Assembly (NCBI GenBank): GCA_963706795.1
Contig: OY970170.1
Location: forward strand, 1,235,897 to 1,267,896
Direction of reading: 5' to 3'
From: Candidatus Saccharimonadota bacterium
Lineage (GTDB): Bacteria; Patescibacteriota; Gracilibacteria; BD1-5; UBA2023
DNA: 32,000 bases
Below the pieces are notes generated by a model. It made no database searches. It was not told where the DNA came from and worked only from the letters and a program-made list of their open reading frames with translations. This document shows, piece after piece, positions 30,870 through 32,000 of this stretch. Made by a program: the position numbers and the translations under genes. How positions within the stretch are numbered: position 1 is the first letter of the stretch; every line of letters begins with the position of its first letter.

Positions 30870-31714
30870 TGGCAACCAAAAAAGTCTACTGGAACACGAT
30901 TGCACAAATTGGTGGGAAGATCTCAACGGCGCTCATCTCGATCTTCCTCGTCAAGATCCTGACGAACTATCTCGATCTCGAGGGCTACGGACTCTATTCA
31001 AAGATATATAATTATCTCTCAATCTTTTCGGTAATTGCGGATCTTGGGCTCTATACAGTGACTGTTCGAGAGATTTCAGCCCACAAAGACGATCCCGAAA
31101 AAGTCCGAAATATCGCCGGAAATATCCTCACGCTCCGCACTGGAATGGGACTTGCGATCATCGTGCTTTCACTCGCGATGGGACTCATATTGCCAGGATA
31201 CAACTCAAAAGTCGCACTGATTGGAATTTTGATCGCGGGGATTTTTACACTCTTTGGGCTCGTAAATAGCTCGATCATGTCGATGCTTCAGGCCTATCTT
31301 AAGACGGAGTTTTCATTTATTTCGACTACTGCTGGTAAGGTTGTAAATCTCTTGGGAGTGCTCGCCGTGGTCTTTATGATCTTACCGAGACCCTTCCCTG
31401 CTGTAAACGAATCGATTGCCTTTGCCTTGATCATGGTGGCGGGACTCCTTGGAAATATCGTGATGACTGCGATGGTGTATTGGTATAGTCTGAAGGTCGA
31501 AAAAGTCGGATTTCGATTTGATCCGGTATTTATGAAGTCGATCCTGCGTTCGTCTCTGCCATACGGGCTCGCACTTCGCATCATTAACACCATTTGTTCT
31601 TTCTCATATTCGGTATATTTTCCATGAGCGGCTTTATTTCTTAGATCAAGCCACGCAGTGGCTGACTTTTGATCCAATTTTGTGTATACATATGTGCCAT
31701 CAGTAGCTGATTAA
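30869..31714 (+). CDS. MOP/Wzx-family polysaccharide flippase, apparently 3'-truncated (about 236 of an expected 400+ aa)
   Basis: 'MATKKVYWNTIAQIGGKISTALISIFLVKILTNYL...' with multiple TM helices up to '...ILRSSLPYGLAL'. After about 31577 the sequence loses TM character, crosses TGA 31625 and stops at TAA 31712-31714. Composition also changes there. Confidence 0.6.
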
Positions 31715-31904
31715 ACTCTGAATAATGGGAGTGCTCTTTACCATACACCATAGTTATAAATGACAATACTGACGCCCTTAGCCCAGCTAGCTTACCTGAA
31801 TCAACATAGTCACATGTATATTGGTCTGATCTCTTAGTAGACAGAGCAACTTGGGACTGCTCTACTAACTGCTGAATCCTTGTTGACAATTCTTTTAAGT
31901 GCAT
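31641..31904 (-). CDS. Hypothetical protein (87 aa); probable N-terminal part of a frameshifted HEPN-like gene
   Basis: ATG 31902-31904, TAA 31641-31643. The overlapping frame (open 31710 down to the junction) encodes 'LDQKSATAWLDLRNKAAHGKYTEYEKEQMVLMM', which contains an R-x4-H HEPN-type motif. Confidence 0.4.
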   Translation of the reverse strand: MHLKELSTRIQQLVEQSQVALSTKRSDQYTCDYVDSGKLAGLRASVLSFITMVYGKEHSHYSEFNQLLMAHMYTQNWIKSQPLRGLI

Positions 31905-32000
31905 AATCTTCCTTCCGATACAAAAAGTACAAACTCAACGAAATATAATTACAAACATAAATTAGAAATCAAAAAATTAAGATTGATTAGTTGATTTACC

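Noticed and set aside
1-32000. Alternative explanation that TGA encodes Trp (code 4, Mollicutes-like), or that the genes are pseudogenes riddled with stops.
   Set aside because: The TGA positions coincide with invariant Gly residues of Walker A loops and HsdR motifs, not Trp. Frames are perfectly maintained across every TGA over more than 20 genes, which decay would not preserve.

Overview
This window comes from an AT-rich bacterium that reads TGA as glycine (genetic code 25, Gracilibacteria/Absconditabacteria-type CPR lineage). In-frame TGAs sit on invariant Gly positions of Walker A loops (GSGKT, GSGKS), on HsdR 'NGLPL' and 'TQGSGKS', on the DUF1287 'WGL' motif and on the nicotianamine-synthase 'AEG' motif. 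The supplied standard-code ORF track is therefore fragmented. I re-read both strands by hand with only TAA/TAG as stops, which gives about 33 protein genes, one tRNA-Lys(CUU) and several strong intrinsic terminators. Left to right: a partial ABC exporter; DUF1287; a 1076-aa PG-binding/MORN-like-repeat protein; hypotheticals; a P-loop kinase-like gene; a metal-homeostasis operon (Fur/Zur-like, nicotianamine-synthase-like, COG0523 GTPase with a long extra C-terminal region, His-rich small protein); a divergently encoded secreted protein hidden by 8 TGA codons; a 709-aa protein with a C-terminal phosphoribosyltransferase-like domain; and a composite type I R-M operon, hsdM-Fic-2TM-hsdS-[SMODS nucleotidyltransferase + SLATT-like 2TM effector]-hsdR-GNAT. 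After that come a frameshifted PD-(D/E)xK/TIGR04141-like gene, tRNA-Lys, and a GC-richer core segment (holB-like, membrane protein, truncated Wzx-like flippase abutting a HEPN-like ORF). The main hunt result is the AT-rich defence island at about 14.8-28.8 kb next to tRNA-Lys. Its most notable part is a CBASS-like SMODS/SLATT pair nested between hsdS and hsdR, which is invisible to standard-code ORF calling. Two ORFs paradoxically appear to end on TGA directly in front of intrinsic terminators. All translations were done by eye. Family assignments rest on motifs I recognise, not on searches.
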